Shown here: piece after piece, positions 38,576 to 49,318 of the stretch | Layout: each line of letters opens with the position of its first letter | Numbering within the stretch: position 1 is the first letter of the stretch | Source of the DNA: Myxococcota bacterium | GTDB lineage: Bacteria; Myxococcota_A; UBA796; CAJQPC01 | DNA: 64,000 nt | Direction: 5' to 3' | NCBI GenBank assembly: GCA_036012755.1 | Contig: DASCPX010000211.1 | Coordinates: forward strand, 1-64,000 | Translations under genes and position numbers: made by a program | The notes under the pieces: model-generated | What the model was told of the DNA's origin: nothing | Seen by the model: the letters and a program-made list of their open reading frames with translations, nothing else | Databases searched by the model: none

Positions 38576-39568
38576 ATGAGACTTCATCGTCGCTGGATCG
38601 CGCTTTCGCGCTGGTCCGGCCAGTTCGACCCCCGCCCGCTGTTGGAGCGCGGGCCACTCGAGACCCAGCAGGACCTGAGCGGGTTGCCCCCAGGCCTTGT
38701 TCGGGACCTGCGCGAGGCGACGGACTTCGTCGAGGACTCCGTTGACGACGACATCCCCGCAGAGGTGCGGCGGATCGATCAAGAGGACTACCCCAGAGCA
38801 TTGCTCGACCTCAGCGAGCCGCCTGCGCTGCTGTGGGGCCGTGGGAACTGGAGCTTGCTGGATGATCCCACCGTCGCGGTGGTCGGGTCGCGGGCCTGCA
38901 CCGGCTACGGACGCTCGGTCGCCTCGGGCCTCGGTGCGGCCGCCGCGCGGGACGGGATCGTCGTGGTCTCGGGGGCGGCCAGGGGCATCGACAGGGCGGC
39001 CCAGACCGGGGCCCTCGACGCCGGCGGTGGCAGCGTGGGCGTGCTCGGCGCCGGGCTTGGAGCCCGAGTGGCGTCAACGGCCCGCGCGCTCCTGGACCGT
39101 CTCGCAGGCCAGGGGCTCCTGCTGAGCGAGCTCCCGCCAGACCACCCCCCTACCAGGTTCACGTTCCCCAGGCGAAACCGCATCATCGCCGCGCTGGCGC
39201 GGGCCACGGTCGTTGTCGAGGCGGCCCGCCGAAGCGGGGCACTTCATACTGCAAACGCCGCGAACCGCCTCGGTCGACCCTTGTTCGCAGTCCCAGGGCC
39301 CATCGACGCGCCCGCGTCGGCAGGCTGCCTCCGGCTCCTCGCCCAGGGCGCGCACGTGGTGACCAGACTCGAGGACGTCCTCGTCGCGGTCAGGCCTGCG
39401 GACGGCGGGACTGCGGCGCTCCTCGGACAGCTCGATCAGCCGCGAAGCCTGGGTGAGCTCGCCTTGTCGCTCGGAGCCCCCCCGCGCGAGATCCTCGGCG
39501 CACTCGTCGCCCTCGAGTTGACCGGTGGGATTCGACGGTTACCGGATCATCGGTATGTCCGGGTCTGA
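38576..39568 (+). CDS. dprA: DNA processing protein DprA
   Basis: VAVVGSR, VVSGAARGID, FPRRNRIIA, VVEAARRSGALHTA, FAVPG. Confidence 0.95.
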   Translation: MRLHRRWIALSRWSGQFDPRPLLERGPLETQQDLSGLPPGLVRDLREATDFVEDSVDDDIPAEVRRIDQEDYPRALLDLSEPPALLWGRGNWSLLDDPTVAVVGSRACTGYGRSVASGLGAAAARDGIVVVSGAARGIDRAAQTGALDAGGGSVGVLGAGLGARVASTARALLDRLAGQGLLLSELPPDHPPTRFTFPRRNRIIAALARATVVVEAARRSGALHTANAANRLGRPLFAVPGPIDAPASAGCLRLLAQGAHVVTRLEDVLVAVRPADGGTAALLGQLDQPRSLGELALSLGAPPREILGALVALELTGGIRRLPDHRYVRV

Positions 39569-39851
39569 TCCTCTAAGCGCGCCCTGGGGTCACCAGCAGC
39601 TCCAGCTGACCCCTGAGGCCAACGCGTTCCTGCAGCTTCTTCGGGAGCTCGGACACCTCGACGGCGCCCTGTTCGAAGCATTCCTGCAGGAACTCTCCCC
39701 GCCGATCGGCGCCCTCACGCAGGAGCCGCTGGCGCTGGGTCGGGACGATATTCGTCGCCTCGTCGGTGCCTATCTCTTCGCGCGGTCCAGCGAGCTGCCG
39801 CCAGAGAGTCTCGAGCTCCTCGCCCGGGAGTGGCCGCTGTTGTTCGGCTAG
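39555..39851 (+). CDS. Small Smg/DUF494-like protein (C-terminal part only)
   Basis: LTPEANAFLQLLRELGHLD...DDIRRLV..YLF resembles the Smg C-terminal half; follows dprA. Confidence 0.55.
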   Translation: MSGSDPLSAPWGHQQLQLTPEANAFLQLLRELGHLDGALFEAFLQELSPPIGALTQEPLALGRDDIRRLVGAYLFARSSELPPESLELLAREWPLLFG

Positions 39852-40051
39852 TGCCCCTCGGCAGAAGTCGCGACGCGACTTCCACCGGCGCCTTCGGCGC
39901 GCGCCGCGGCGCGGCGCTGGGGCACTCGTTTCCTTCCAGGGGGGGCCTGCCCCCCGGGCCTGCGGCCCTCCCCCCGGCGGCCCGCTGCGCGTGCCGTCGT
40001 TCACCCCGTCGCAGCCCCGACTGCGTCGGAACTCGCGCCGGAGCGAACTAG
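39848..40051. mobile_element. 204-bp CTAG-bounded structured repeat, copy 2
   Basis: Same length and ends as copy 1; the two CTAGs supply the stops of two convergent genes. Confidence 0.8.
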
Positions 40052-42621
40052 GTCTTCTTCTTGCGCGTCTTCTTCTTGCGGGTCGTGCGCCTCTTCGTCG
40101 GTCCCTTCGCGCGCTTTGCCTCGAGCATCTCGATGGCCCGCTCGAGGGTGACGCTCGCGGGATCCGTGCCCTTCTTGAGGGTTGCGTTCGTGTCCCCGTC
40201 CGTGACGTAGGGGCCCCAGCGCCCGCCCTTGACCTGGACCTTGGTGTCGCCGTCCATGCCGAGCTCGGCGAGGACGGTGGGTGTTCGCGACCGCGCCGGA
40301 GTCGCCGCGAGCAGGGCCCGTGCCTCGTCTTCGGTGATGGTCAGCAGGCCCTTGTCGGCGGGAATGCTCCTGCTCTGCCCGTCGCACTTGACATAGGGCC
40401 CGTATCGACCGTTGAAGGCCTCGATCGGATGGCCGGCCTCGTCCTTGCCGACCAGGCGCGGCAGGGCCAGGAGCGTCAGGGCTGTCGCCAGATCGACCCC
40501 ATCGGGCTCCATCCCGGTCAGCAGGCTCTCCCGCTTGGGCTTGGTCTTGCCCTTGCCTTCGCCGCGCTGCACATAGGGCCCGAAGCGACCGATGTGGAGG
40601 GTGATCTCCTCCTTCGTGTCGGGATCGACGCCAAGGGATCTGGGACCCTCGGGGACCGTCTCGATGAGCTCGATGGCCTTCTGGATGGTCAACTCGTCCG
40701 GAGGCATGTCCTCTGGGATGGACCGCGTCGTCCCGTTGTGTTCGAGGTAGGGGCCGTAGCGTCCCACGCGCGCCAGGACCTTCGCGTCGCCATGGGTGCC
40801 GATCGGGATGCTGCAGATGTCCCGAGGATCCGCCACCTTCTCTGCTTGCGCGATGAGCTCGAGGAGCCCGTGGCGATTCCCTTGTCCGCCGTAGAAGGCG
40901 CTTAGGAGCTGGAGCCGCTGTCCCTTGCCGGCGGCGATCTGGTCCAGCCCGTCCTCGAGGGTCGCGGTGAAGTCGTAGTCGACCAGCGAGTTGAAGTGGT
41001 CCTCCAACAGGCGGGTCGTCGCGAAGGCGGTGAAGGTCGGGATGAGGGCAGTGCCTTTCTTGAAGACGTATCCGCGGCTCTGGATGGTCTCGATGATGCT
41101 GGCGTAGGTGCTCGGACGTCCGATGCCCAGCTCCTCGAGGCGCTGGACCAGCGAGGCCTCGTTGAGACGGGACGGCGGCGACGTGGTGTGCCCGGCGGCG
41201 CTCACGTCGACCACGTCGACCTTGGCGCCCGCGGCCAGCTGGGGGAGCTCGCGCTCCTCGTCCCTCACGTTGCGTTCGCGGGTGTAGACCGCACGGAAGC
41301 CCTGGAAGTCGTAGGTCTTTCCGCGGGTCCGGAAGAGCCCGGTGCGGCCCCCGCTCCCCGAGACCAGGGTATCGACGCTGACGCGCTCGCCTGTCGCATC
41401 CGTCATCTGGGAAGCGACCGTACGCTTCCAGATGAGGCCATACAGCCTGGCTTCGTCAGCCCCGAGGGCACGACCGCAGTCGGCCACGGGCTTGTAGGAC
41501 TCGCCAGCAGGGCGAATCGCCTCGTGGGCTTCCTGTGCGCCCTTTGCCTTGGTCGCGTAGATGCGCGGCTGCGCGGGCAGGTAGGCTGCTCCATAGGACT
41601 TCGCCACGATGTCGCGGGCAGCGGTGAGGGCCTCTGGACTCAGGGTGGTCGAGTCCGTTCGCATGTACGTGATCCAACCGTTTTCGTAGAGGCGCTGAGC
41701 CACCGTCATCGTCTTCTTCGCCGGCCACCGGAACTTCCGGTTCGCCTCCTGCTGGAGCTTCGATGTCGTGAAGGGAGCCGCGGGCTTCTCACGGAAGGGC
41801 CGCCTCTGGACGCGATCGACCTGTGCCGTACCGGCCCCGAGTGCGCTCGCCAGTGCTCTCGCGCCTTTCTCGTCGAGCACGGTCGCCTTGGCGGTCCTGA
41901 GCTTGCCCGTCGTGGCCTCGAAGTCGCGACCGGTGGCGAGCCGCGTGCCGTCGACCTCGGCCAGGCTGCCCTCGTAGGGGCGGTCGGTGCCGAAGGTGGC
42001 CGACAGATCCCACCAGCTCGCCGAGACGAAGCGCATTCGCTCCCGCTCGCGCTCGACGATGAGCCGCACGGCCACGGACTGCACTCGGCCCGCCGAGAGA
42101 CGAGGCTTGACCTTCTTCCAGAGGACCGGGCTGACGTTGTAGCCGAAGAGGCGATCGACGATGCGCCGTGCTTCCTGGGCCTCGACGAGGTTCATGTCGA
42201 TTGGTCGCGCGTTCTGAAGTGATCGTGTGATCGCAGCCTTGGTGATCTCGTGGAAGACGAGCCGCTGGATCGGGATCTTGGGCTTCAGCGCCTGGGTCAG
42301 GTGCCAGGCGATGGCCTCGCCCTCCCGGTCTTCATCTGTCGCCAGGTAGAGGACCGAGGCGTTCGCGAGCAGCGCCTTGAGCTTCTTCACCTGCTCGCGC
42401 CCGCGAGTGGTGAGCACGTACAGCGGCTTGAAGTCGTTCTGGACGTCCACGGCTGTGCGCGCCCACTTCTTTCCCCGGTGGCTCTTGGGGATGTCGGCGG
42501 CGCTCTCGGGCAGGTCGCGCACGTGCCCGATGGACGCCTCGACCTGGTAGCCCGAGCCAAGGAACCGGGAGATGGTTCGGGCCTTTGCGGGGGACTCGAC
42601 GATGACCAGCGGCTTCGGCAC
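40048..42621 (-). CDS. topA: DNA topoisomerase I with C-terminal GRYGPY-type repeats
   Basis: LVIVESPAKA, ATDEDREGEAI, SAGRVQS, ITYMRTDS, QEAHEAIRP, GIGRPSTY; four GR(Y/F/W)GPY repeats; Lys-rich tail. Confidence 0.97.
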   Translation of the reverse strand: MPKPLVIVESPAKARTISRFLGSGYQVEASIGHVRDLPESAADIPKSHRGKKWARTAVDVQNDFKPLYVLTTRGREQVKKLKALLANASVLYLATDEDREGEAIAWHLTQALKPKIPIQRLVFHEITKAAITRSLQNARPIDMNLVEAQEARRIVDRLFGYNVSPVLWKKVKPRLSAGRVQSVAVRLIVERERERMRFVSASWWDLSATFGTDRPYEGSLAEVDGTRLATGRDFEATTGKLRTAKATVLDEKGARALASALGAGTAQVDRVQRRPFREKPAAPFTTSKLQQEANRKFRWPAKKTMTVAQRLYENGWITYMRTDSTTLSPEALTAARDIVAKSYGAAYLPAQPRIYATKAKGAQEAHEAIRPAGESYKPVADCGRALGADEARLYGLIWKRTVASQMTDATGERVSVDTLVSGSGGRTGLFRTRGKTYDFQGFRAVYTRERNVRDEERELPQLAAGAKVDVVDVSAAGHTTSPPSRLNEASLVQRLEELGIGRPSTYASIIETIQSRGYVFKKGTALIPTFTAFATTRLLEDHFNSLVDYDFTATLEDGLDQIAAGKGQRLQLLSAFYGGQGNRHGLLELIAQAEKVADPRDICSIPIGTHGDAKVLARVGRYGPYLEHNGTTRSIPEDMPPDELTIQKAIELIETVPEGPRSLGVDPDTKEEITLHIGRFGPYVQRGEGKGKTKPKRESLLTGMEPDGVDLATALTLLALPRLVGKDEAGHPIEAFNGRYGPYVKCDGQSRSIPADKGLLTITEDEARALLAATPARSRTPTVLAELGMDGDTKVQVKGGRWGPYVTDGDTNATLKKGTDPASVTLERAIEMLEAKRAKGPTKRRTTRKKKTRKKKT

Positions 42622-42699
42622 TTCGCTCCCAGGACGATTGGTACCGGGCGGTATAGACAGGCCGGACCGAATCGGCAAGCGCGCTATCCTGCTGTACGC

Positions 42700-43569
42700 A
42701 TGCATCCGGACGTCCAGGACTTCCTCGAGTTCCTTCGTGTGGAGCGCGGTCTCACCGTCAACACCCGGCGGGCTTATGACCGCGACTTGAGTCGATTGTC
42801 GGCCGCGCTCGGCGAAAACGGGCGTTGTCTCAGGACTGCACGGCCGGCCGATCTGCGCGGCCACCTCGCCGTCATCGGGCAGGGGGCGCCGGCACCCTCT
42901 TCCACCGCTCGACGCCTCTCCAGCTACCGGAGCTTCTATCGGTGGGCCGTGAAGACCGGACGTTGCCCGGACAGCCCTGCCGAGCGCCTCACTCGGCCGA
43001 GAGTGCCTGCGAAGGTCCCGAGGTTCGTCGACGTCGACGAGGCATGTGAGGTGGTGGAGGTCGGGACCCAGGACGGCTGGTACCTGCTGAGGAACCGGGC
43101 GCTCTTGGAGATCCTGTACGGTTCGGGGCTTCGTGTTGGCGAGGCAGCCTCGCTCGATGTCGACGATGTGGATGTCCACGCGCGCCTCGTACATGTTCGC
43201 TGCGGCAAGGGCGGCAAGCCCCGTCGGATCCCGTTTGGGGAGGCATGCGCCGAGGCCCTCGCCGCCTGGCTCGAGGGGCACGCGGGAGGTCCGCTCTTCC
43301 TGAACCGGTACAAGAAACGCCTCTCGTCGCGCTCGATGCACCGGATCGTGCGTCAGGCAGGCCTCCAGGCAGGGGTCAGCGCGCTCCACCCGCACGCACT
43401 ACGCCACAGCTGCGCGACGCACATGCTCGCCGGCGGTGCGGATCTGCGTGCCATCCAAGAGCAGTTGGGCCACGCGAGCCTCTCGACTACGCAGAGATAC
43501 GCCCATGTCTCGGCCGAGCGTCTGCTCGAGGTGTACCGGGCTGCCCACCCTCACGCGCGAGACGAGTGA
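42700..43569 (+). CDS. xerC: Tyrosine recombinase XerC/XerD
   Basis: NTRRAYDRDL, LYGSGLRVGE, GKGGK, HPHALRHSCATH, LGHASLSTTQRYAH. XerC rather than XerD is inferred from the topA neighbourhood. Confidence 0.85.
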   Translation: MHPDVQDFLEFLRVERGLTVNTRRAYDRDLSRLSAALGENGRCLRTARPADLRGHLAVIGQGAPAPSSTARRLSSYRSFYRWAVKTGRCPDSPAERLTRPRVPAKVPRFVDVDEACEVVEVGTQDGWYLLRNRALLEILYGSGLRVGEAASLDVDDVDVHARLVHVRCGKGGKPRRIPFGEACAEALAAWLEGHAGGPLFLNRYKKRLSSRSMHRIVRQAGLQAGVSALHPHALRHSCATHMLAGGADLRAIQEQLGHASLSTTQRYAHVSAERLLEVYRAAHPHARDE

Positions 43570-43590
43570 GGGCTGGCGTATGATGAGTCC

Positions 43591-44655
43591 ATGTCCGGAC
43601 TGAGTGCGGAGGACCTTCGCGAGCTGGCTCAGCTCAAAGAGATCCTCGAGAACGGGACCTACTACGATCTGTTCGGGGTAGGGCGGCAGTTCGAGCGGCC
43701 AGAGCTGCGCACGAGCTACTACGCCATCTCTCGCCGCTTTCACCCTGACCGCTTCTACCGACAGGACCTCGGTGGACACGAGGAGCTGCTGGAGCAGGTG
43801 TTCGCGGGCATCAACCTCGCCTACAGGACCCTCGACGATCCGGAGGAGAGAGGGCGGTACAACCGCGAGCTCGGCATCAGGCCGACCAAGCTGGCACCGC
43901 CAGGGCCGCCGCCCGCGAAGAAGAAGCCCGGCTCGGGCAAGGCCGCCAAGATCGGCACCGCGGAGGAAGAGGACACCCACACCGTCGAGTTCACGATCAC
44001 GGGCATCCGCGAGGACGTCGAGAATGACGTCAGCGCGGAAGAGCAAGTCTCTGAGACGCCCAAGAAGCGGCGCCCCAGGAAGCGGAGGAGCGTCAATCGG
44101 GCCCCTCCTGCGGTCGTCGCGCTTCAGAAGCAGCTGGTGAAGCGCCTCAAGAAGGCGCGTCGCTACTACGAGTCGGGCCTGGAGGATGCGCAGGAGGGGC
44201 GGTGGGTCAAGGCGGCGAGCTCTTTCTACCTGGCTACCCAGTTCGACCAGCGGAACGCGGACTACCGAGAGGAGTACGAGGCCGCAAACTCCAAGGCCCG
44301 ATCCCACAAGGCCACCGAGTACGTGCGCATGGCGCGAAACGCAGTGGACTCCGGCTCACATCGTGAGGCCATCGGCTACTACCAGAAGGCCACGGAGCTG
44401 AACCCTCCCGACGGCGTGGCGTACTTCCAACTGGGGGTCCTCCTCCTCAAGCTGGATGCCGAGGATCGGGCGGCGCTCGACAACCTGCGGATCGCCGTGT
44501 CCAAGGACGGCAACAAGGTCGACTACCGCCTGGCTCTGGCCGAGGTCTACGAAACACACGGCATGAAGCTCAACGCCCACCGCGAGTTCGCGGCCGTCTC
44601 TCAACTGGATCCCGGTAACGATACGGCGAAAGCTGGCCTGAGGCGGACGCGCTGA
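43591..44655 (+). CDS. J-domain plus TPR protein
   Basis: YYDLFGV...SRRFHPDRF...INLAYRTL..PEERGRY; C-terminal TPRs. Confidence 0.9.
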   Translation: MSGLSAEDLRELAQLKEILENGTYYDLFGVGRQFERPELRTSYYAISRRFHPDRFYRQDLGGHEELLEQVFAGINLAYRTLDDPEERGRYNRELGIRPTKLAPPGPPPAKKKPGSGKAAKIGTAEEEDTHTVEFTITGIREDVENDVSAEEQVSETPKKRRPRKRRSVNRAPPAVVALQKQLVKRLKKARRYYESGLEDAQEGRWVKAASSFYLATQFDQRNADYREEYEAANSKARSHKATEYVRMARNAVDSGSHREAIGYYQKATELNPPDGVAYFQLGVLLLKLDAEDRAALDNLRIAVSKDGNKVDYRLALAEVYETHGMKLNAHREFAAVSQLDPGNDTAKAGLRRTR

Positions 44656-44672
44656 GCGACGCTCCCAGATAG

Positions 44673-45939
<1,267 letters not shown>

Positions 45940-45953
45940 ATGGCGCGGTTTTC

Positions 45954-46026
<73 letters not shown>

Positions 46027-46068
46027 GTTTCTTCACCCCCCTCTTTCCCCCCTGAGGGGGGCAGCTCC

Positions 46069-46143
46069 GACCCCATCGTCTAGTCAGGTCCAGGACACCG
46101 GGTTTTCATCCCGGCAACACGGGTTCGAATCCCGTTGGGGTCA
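46069..46143 (+). tRNA. tRNA-Glu(TTC), CCA not encoded
   Basis: Acceptor GACCCCA/TGGGGTC, anticodon arm CCGGG-TT-TTC-AT-CCCGG, T arm GGTTCGAATCC. Confidence 0.96.
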
Positions 46144-46186
46144 CCTCTCTCCTCACGTTCGCGGCTTCACGGCTATCCTGGCTTCC

Positions 46187-46582
46187 ATGGGCCAGCTGGT
46201 CCTGCAGCTCCTCGCGGCCGGTGTCCTCGCACAGGACAAGCTGACGGCCTCTGACGGGGCGGCCAGCGACAGGTTCGGCTATGCCGTCTCCGGCCTCGGG
46301 GACCCCGACGGCGACTGCGACGACGACGACGCCACCGTCTACCCGGGCGCCGCAGAGGTAGCTGGAGACGGTATCGACCAGGACTGCGATGGTTCGGACC
46401 AAAGTGGCCGAGGGGACCAGCCGGGATGTCCCGGGGGCTGTGAAGGTGGTGGTGGCGGCGGTCTCGCCGGGCTGCTGGGGCTCCTCGGGCTGGTCGGCCT
46501 GAGGCGGGGTCAGCGGACGGTCGCCTCGCAGGAACGCTCGTGCCCCCACGGCGCGAGGAGCCAAGCCTCGTCATCAGCGTAG
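46187..46582 (+). CDS. Miniature FG-GAP fragment plus MopE repeat plus MYXO-CTERM-like protein (possible deletion remnant)
   Basis: KLTASDGAASDRFGYAVSGLGD, DCDDDDATVYPGAAEVAGDGIDQDCDG, GGC..LAGLLGLLGLVGLRR. Confidence 0.6.
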   Translation: MGQLVLQLLAAGVLAQDKLTASDGAASDRFGYAVSGLGDPDGDCDDDDATVYPGAAEVAGDGIDQDCDGSDQSGRGDQPGCPGGCEGGGGGGLAGLLGLLGLVGLRRGQRTVASQERSCPHGARSQASSSA

Positions 46583-48147
46583 ATCGGCGGACCCGCCAGC
46601 TCCTCCATGCGGCTGGCGAGCGAGCGCACATGGAGTGTGGCTGCGGTCGTAGGCATCGTCTCGCGGAGCGGTTCCAGCCGCACCAGCACCCAGCGGAAGC
46701 CGAGGTCCTCGACGGCGAGCTGGTCCTCCAGCGTCCAGGCGATGCGATTCCGTGGGTCGTCCGTGGAGCGGTTCAGGGCGGCGAGGTAGCTGTTGGTCTG
46801 TACGGCGGTTCGAAGCTCTCCTGGGACCTGGCCCCTGGACCGCGGGTTCATGCCGTCGAGGATCGGCAGCCCGTGCACGGTCTGGTACAAGAGCGGCGTG
46901 TGGTCCCGTCCCAGGGGCAGGTCGATGACGGCCCCCTCTGCGCCGGCGAGGCAGCGCACGGCCTCTGGGACCTCGGTGTCCCAGGTTGGAAGCGGTAGCT
47001 GCGCGCGAATGCCCAGCTCCGAGACCAGCGCTACGAGGACTGCCGCGGCAGCCGGAGCTCGCCACCGTTCCGCCAGGGCGGCGGCCCCGAGAGCCGTACA
47101 AGGGACCAGCAGCGCCAGCGCACGGCATGGCCAGTACAGGCGATCCATGCCGGGGACCAGTGTGGCCAGCCCGATGTAGACCGGGTTGGGCAGGCCCAGG
47201 GGATGGGGCCCGATGGCAAGCAGCGTTCCGACCAGCGCGACGACCAGCCAGCGACGCCCGGAGAGCACGCTGAGCGCGGCCAGGCCGAGCGCGACGAGAC
47301 CAAGACCCGGCGCCGCGGCCTGCCAGCCCTCAGCGCGCAGGTTGCCGAGCGTGGCCGGCAGGTGGAGCGTGCACAGGGGCACGGTGTCACCCTCTGCGGT
47401 GACGAGGTCCAGACCGCTCCACCAGGCCGAGACGGGGAGCACCCCCGGCACCTCTCCGGCGGCCAGGCGCAAGGCCAGGGGCAGCGCCAGTGGGAGGGCC
47501 ACCAGCGAGGCGGCGCCGGCGATGGCGAGGCCTCTAGCCCAGCTGCGAGGTCTCGCCAGCGCCAGGACCGCCACACCAAGACCTGCGAACAGTCCGCCGA
47601 ACCAGTAGACGTAGCCAGCCACGGCGAGCGCGATGCCAGCGGGCAGGATGCGCCGCAGGCCGCCGGAGGCGAGGGCTTCGTCGGACAGCGCCAAGGCCAG
47701 GATGGCGGGAGCCAGGAGCGCCTGGGTGGGCCGGCCAGCGGCCAGCTCGTAGATGACGTAGGGGTGGAGGAGTACCACCAACGCCGCGACCAGGGCGGCC
47801 TCCGGGCGCTTCACCCTCGGCCTGACGAGGCGCCACGTGGCGAGCGCGTTCGTGACGAGGATGGTGACGACGAGACCGTTCCAGGCCGCCTCGGGACCGA
47901 AGGCCGCGCGCAGCGGAAGCGCGAGCAACGCGTCGACGATGTTCGCCCCGGTGTGGGCCAGCACGTCCTTGCCCCAGGGGTGATGGAGCGTCGCTTCCGG
48001 GAAGCCCTCCGCGACCCACCACTGGAACCACCAGCTCCCGAGCGCGTCAGCCGTGTGCCCACCCAGTGGACCCGCCACCATCGGCGAGGCCACCAGCCCG
48101 ACACAGAGGACGAGCGCGACGGCGCTGAGCAGCTGTGACGACCGCAT
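46510..48147 (-). CDS. Polytopic GT-C-like membrane protein, paralog 1
   Basis: DALGSWWFQWW, PWGKD..HTGANIVDA, GRPTQA, YWPCRA, GAVIDLP, YQTVHGLPI. Confidence 0.8.
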   Translation of the reverse strand: MRSSQLLSAVALVLCVGLVASPMVAGPLGGHTADALGSWWFQWWVAEGFPEATLHHPWGKDVLAHTGANIVDALLALPLRAAFGPEAAWNGLVVTILVTNALATWRLVRPRVKRPEAALVAALVVLLHPYVIYELAAGRPTQALLAPAILALALSDEALASGGLRRILPAGIALAVAGYVYWFGGLFAGLGVAVLALARPRSWARGLAIAGAASLVALPLALPLALRLAAGEVPGVLPVSAWWSGLDLVTAEGDTVPLCTLHLPATLGNLRAEGWQAAAPGLGLVALGLAALSVLSGRRWLVVALVGTLLAIGPHPLGLPNPVYIGLATLVPGMDRLYWPCRALALLVPCTALGAAALAERWRAPAAAAVLVALVSELGIRAQLPLPTWDTEVPEAVRCLAGAEGAVIDLPLGRDHTPLLYQTVHGLPILDGMNPRSRGQVPGELRTAVQTNSYLAALNRSTDDPRNRIAWTLEDQLAVEDLGFRWVLVRLEPLRETMPTTAATLHVRSLASRMEELAGPPIYADDEAWLLAPWGHERSCEATVR

Positions 48148-48259
48148 TGCCGTCAGCGTTCCAGGTCCGCGGGGGCCAAGGTGCCGTGCCTGCTTTCGCC
48201 CCTCGTCGGGGATGGCGGAGGGTTGGGGTGCGAGCTATGATACGCCGTCTGGAGGGTGT

Positions 48260-48616
48260 ATGCCAGTTGGCGCCGTGATGGCACTTGCCCTGCTCGCATC
48301 GTGCTCCGGAGGGGCAGAGGACTGCCCGGCCATGGCGGCCGGAGACGAGCGCGACGCCTGCTACCTCGTGCAGGTCAGCGCCCACGCTGAGAGGGGTGAG
48401 GGGGCGCAGGCCATCGACGACGTGCGCGCCATCGAGTCTCCGTTGATGCGGAGCGCGGCCATCCAGAGCCTGGCTACGAGCGAAGGCTCTGGCGTGGACA
48501 GCTCGTCCATCGAGGTGCTCTGCGAAGAGCTTCCATCCCCCAACGCCGCACAGTGCCTGAAGAGGTGGACGCGGCCGCACCTGTGGCCACAGACCGGTGG
48601 GGCCCAACCCCGTTGA
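48260..48616 (+). CDS. Small Cys-rich lipoprotein with RPHLW motif (copy A)
   Basis: GGAGGG RBS; LLASC lipobox; ERDAC, LCEEL, CLKRWTRPHLW; paralog at 51378-51683. Confidence 0.75.
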   Translation: MPVGAVMALALLASCSGGAEDCPAMAAGDERDACYLVQVSAHAERGEGAQAIDDVRAIESPLMRSAAIQSLATSEGSGVDSSSIEVLCEELPSPNAAQCLKRWTRPHLWPQTGGAQPR

Positions 48617-49287
48617 CGCTCCTGTCGCTGCTGGCTTGTACCGCGAGGCTGAGTGACGGACTCGGCCCGGTGGTCGCAGCCGACATGAAGGCCTGCGAGC
48701 TCGTGGAGGGCGCGCCGAGGGGTACCTGCGCTACCTCGGTGCTGGACACCCACAGGGTGGATGGGGCGACGGCCGAGATGGTCTGCAGACGGCTGGACTA
48801 CCCGGAGACCCGGGACTGGTGCTACGAGTTCTCGTCTCGTCGCCCGGCGCCCTACGCTTCGGCGGAGGTCTGCGCGGAGGTGCGCCAGCAGCGGCCTCGC
48901 GAGTCCTGCTTTCTCTCCATCTCCGAGCGGATCTCCATCGACGCGGAGGACATCGCAGAGGTCATCGCGTCACTGGAGCGCTGCGGGGACATGCTGGACT
49001 ACTGCCTGTACCACATCCCCCAGCGTCGGCAGGACCGGTACCGCGACGGCGGCTGGGACCTGGCGGAGGCAGAGCTCACCGCCGTCGTCGACGACGTGCC
49101 CGCCGCATCAGAGAGCCGGAGCTTCGGGATCAGCGTCGGGCGCGCTGGCAGGAACATCGGCTTCGGAGCCAGGGTCTGCGAGCTCCTCGGCGACCGGTCC
49201 CGGGCGTGGCAGAGCTGCCTGGGCGTGCTCGGCGTCTCGCCAATGAACTCGCCAAGCGGCGGGTCGAAGGAGCGTCGTCCCCGCTGA
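48613..49287 (+). CDS. Cys-rich helical-repeat lipoprotein (A)
   Basis: TTGA coupling; MTLLSLLAC; repeated C-x~10-R(D/E)xC units. Confidence 0.7.
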   Translation: MTLLSLLACTARLSDGLGPVVAADMKACELVEGAPRGTCATSVLDTHRVDGATAEMVCRRLDYPETRDWCYEFSSRRPAPYASAEVCAEVRQQRPRESCFLSISERISIDAEDIAEVIASLERCGDMLDYCLYHIPQRRQDRYRDGGWDLAEAELTAVVDDVPAASESRSFGISVGRAGRNIGFGARVCELLGDRSRAWQSCLGVLGVSPMNSPSGGSKERRPR

Positions 49288-49318
49288 GCCGCCTGGGAAC
49301 CCGGATCAGCCCGGGCCG

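Noticed and set aside
42622..43395. Apparent 258-aa N-terminal extension of TopA in the ORF track
   Set aside because: It is the antisense of xerC; TopA homology begins at GTG 42621. Similar over-extensions were trimmed for rsmH, murE, mraY, murC, ftsZ and others.
42700..43569. Tyrosine recombinase as a mobile-element integrase or mobiliser of the CTAG repeat
   Set aside because: Size, motifs and topA context fit housekeeping Xer; tyrosine recombinases do not normally create 4-bp target duplications.
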